47,073 nucleotides of DNA from a virus. Taxonomy: Duplodnaviria > Caudoviricetes. How positions within the stretch are numbered: the first letter of the stretch is position 1; the number at the start of each line of letters is the position of its first letter. Position numbers and translations under genes: made by a program. Below are positions 46,003 to 47,073 of the stretch, one piece after another. Where the stretch lies: IMG/VR virus record IMGVR_UViG_3300034420_000032, positions 1 through 47,073 of that record. One strand, 5' to 3'. The notes beneath the pieces were generated by a model that was not told where the DNA came from, searched no databases, and was given only the letters and a program-made list of their open reading frames with translations.

Positions 46003-46439
46003 AGGATCCTCCGGGTGTAGCGACCCTTGGAGTTCGCTTCGCGAGCTTCCTGGATCTGTTGAGGGAGAACGTCGTTCCAGGCCTTGAATCCGCCGACGCG
46101 AACCGCGCTGTAGACGAGACTGGCCTTCCATGTGGCCACATCGCAGGCGTACTGTGCTTCCTGCAAGAGCTTGTCGGCTTCCAGGCGCGACATCCGCTGG
46201 ATCGTGTACTCCCAGTCGTGCAGCACGTAGGCGCGGTTTCCCGAGCCCCACGGAGGCACGATCCGCCACGCGATGCGAGGGCTGGAAGCAAGGTTCGTCA
46301 CGAACCCCTCGGGAACGACTCGAAGGGTTCCTTCTGCGTCGATGTACTCCAACGGACGAGTCAGGACAAGACGGATTCCGTCTTCGTCGGTCGTCAGATC
46401 CTTGAAGTACAACACGTCCTCGAAATGACCGTGTTTCAT
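45999..46439 (-). CDS. DUF1353 protein
   Basis: VPEGFVTNLASSPR...AYVLHDWEY...R.EAD...Y.AVR.GG. Confidence 0.85.
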   Translation of the reverse strand: MKHGHFEDVLYFKDLTTDEDGIRLVLTRPLEYIDAEGTLRVVPEGFVTNLASSPRIAWRIVPPWGSGNRAYVLHDWEYTIQRMSRLEADKLLQEAQYACDVATWKASLVYSAVRVGGFKAWNDVLPQQIQEAREANSKGRYTRRIL

Positions 46440-46888
46440 TTCTTCTTCTCCTTCGGATCGATGATCTTGATCGACGGGAGCCCTTCCTTCTCGGTGATGA
46501 TCTCCGACAGGAGGTTCCGCTGTTCGATCGTGAGTTCCTTGTACTTTCCGACGACAACTTCCGGCTTGTACTTGAGCAGGAAGTCGAGGATGATCCCCTT
46601 CTCGGCAAGCGACTTGCGCACTTCGTCGTTGATGGCCGACTGGTCGGCAGTGCGATTGATCTTGCGCTCGCCTTCCAGGGTGTACCCTGCGGGGAGCGGG
46701 TACTTGTTGACACCTTCCTTCGGGTTCACGAAGGCCATTCCGAAGACCTTTCTCCGAAGGGCTTCTTCCGTCTTCTTTGCTTTCGCCAGCACCGCAACAG
46801 CGGTATCCCACTGTTGCAGCACGGGAACGAGTTCTTCGACAGGCGCGACCTTCTTCGGCGCGTCAACGATGTTCGTCGGTTCGGTCAT
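46436..46888 (-). CDS. Conserved phage replication-module protein
   Basis: MTEPT...EEALRRK...KEG...L..GY.L...KYKPE...Y..L; start reassigned to 46888. Confidence 0.75.
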   Translation of the reverse strand: MTEPTNIVDAPKKVAPVEELVPVLQQWDTAVAVLAKAKKTEEALRRKVFGMAFVNPKEGVNKYPLPAGYTLEGERKINRTADQSAINDEVRKSLAEKGIILDFLLKYKPEVVVGKYKELTIEQRNLLSEIITEKEGLPSIKIIDPKEKKK

Positions 46889-47073
46889 TCTCCGACTCCC
46901 GCGAAATTCGGTTTCGTGTTCGTTCTCAGCCATTCGGCTAGCGTCTCCGCCGCCGCCTCCGCCGACCACGCCGCCGACCACGCCGCCGCCCGCGCCGCCC
47001 GCGCCGCCGCCCGCGCCGCCGACCACGCCGCCCGCGCCGCCGGCCACGCCGCCGACCACGCCGCCCGCGCCGC
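46885..47073 (-). CDS. 3' part of the same Ala/Trp-repeat protein (across the circular junction)
   Basis: Reads AARAAWSAAWPAAR...AAAETLAEWLRTNTKPNFAGVGE*; its TGA overlaps the ATG of the next gene (ATGA at 46885-46888). Confidence 0.75.
   Translation of the reverse strand, partial: AARAAWSAAWPAARAAWSAARAAARAARAAAWSAAWSAEAAAETLAEWLRTNTKPNFAGVGE
46945..47073. repeat. GC-rich degenerate tandem repeat, same family as 1-120
   Basis: Directly visible. Confidence 0.95.

Noticed and set aside
46889-47059. Gly-rich N-terminal extension in ORF 46436..47059
   Set aside because: It is the wrong frame of the Ala-repeat gene; the better start is ATG 46888, coupled to the upstream stop.

Overview
Apparently complete, circularisable ~47 kb siphovirus genome. 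The contig opens inside an Ala/Trp-repeat gene that reads continuously from the left end round to the right end. Gene content and order resemble the KL1/PA73 (Septimatrevirus-like) group; this is recognised from memory, not from a search. Layout: (1) a leftward replication operon starting at 418 and wrapping to 36434, with DUF1353, ParB-like, Sak4-like ATPase, DUF669 SSB, tRNA-Gln, Cas4-like exonuclease, SF2 helicase, beta-clamp-like protein and a divergent family-B DNA polymerase; (2) a rightward primase-helicase followed by small early genes; (3) an AT-rich non-coding region and a Holliday-junction-resolvase-like gene interrupted by an in-frame insert carrying DnaA-type boxes; (4) leftward accessory genes and MazG; (5) a rightward morphogenesis operon from TerS to the tail hub, including a -1 frameshift chaperone and a beta-helix tailspike. 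No integrase, repressor, CRISPR array or recognisable endolysin was seen. The most unusual signals are cis-acting: the origin-like insert in the resolvase, a promoter/pseudoknot/Met-Lys-Phe minigene/terminator unit, a structured RNA at 7.3 kb, and a genome-wide GTTAAATTTAAC palindrome at promoters. All family assignments come from motif recognition by eye.
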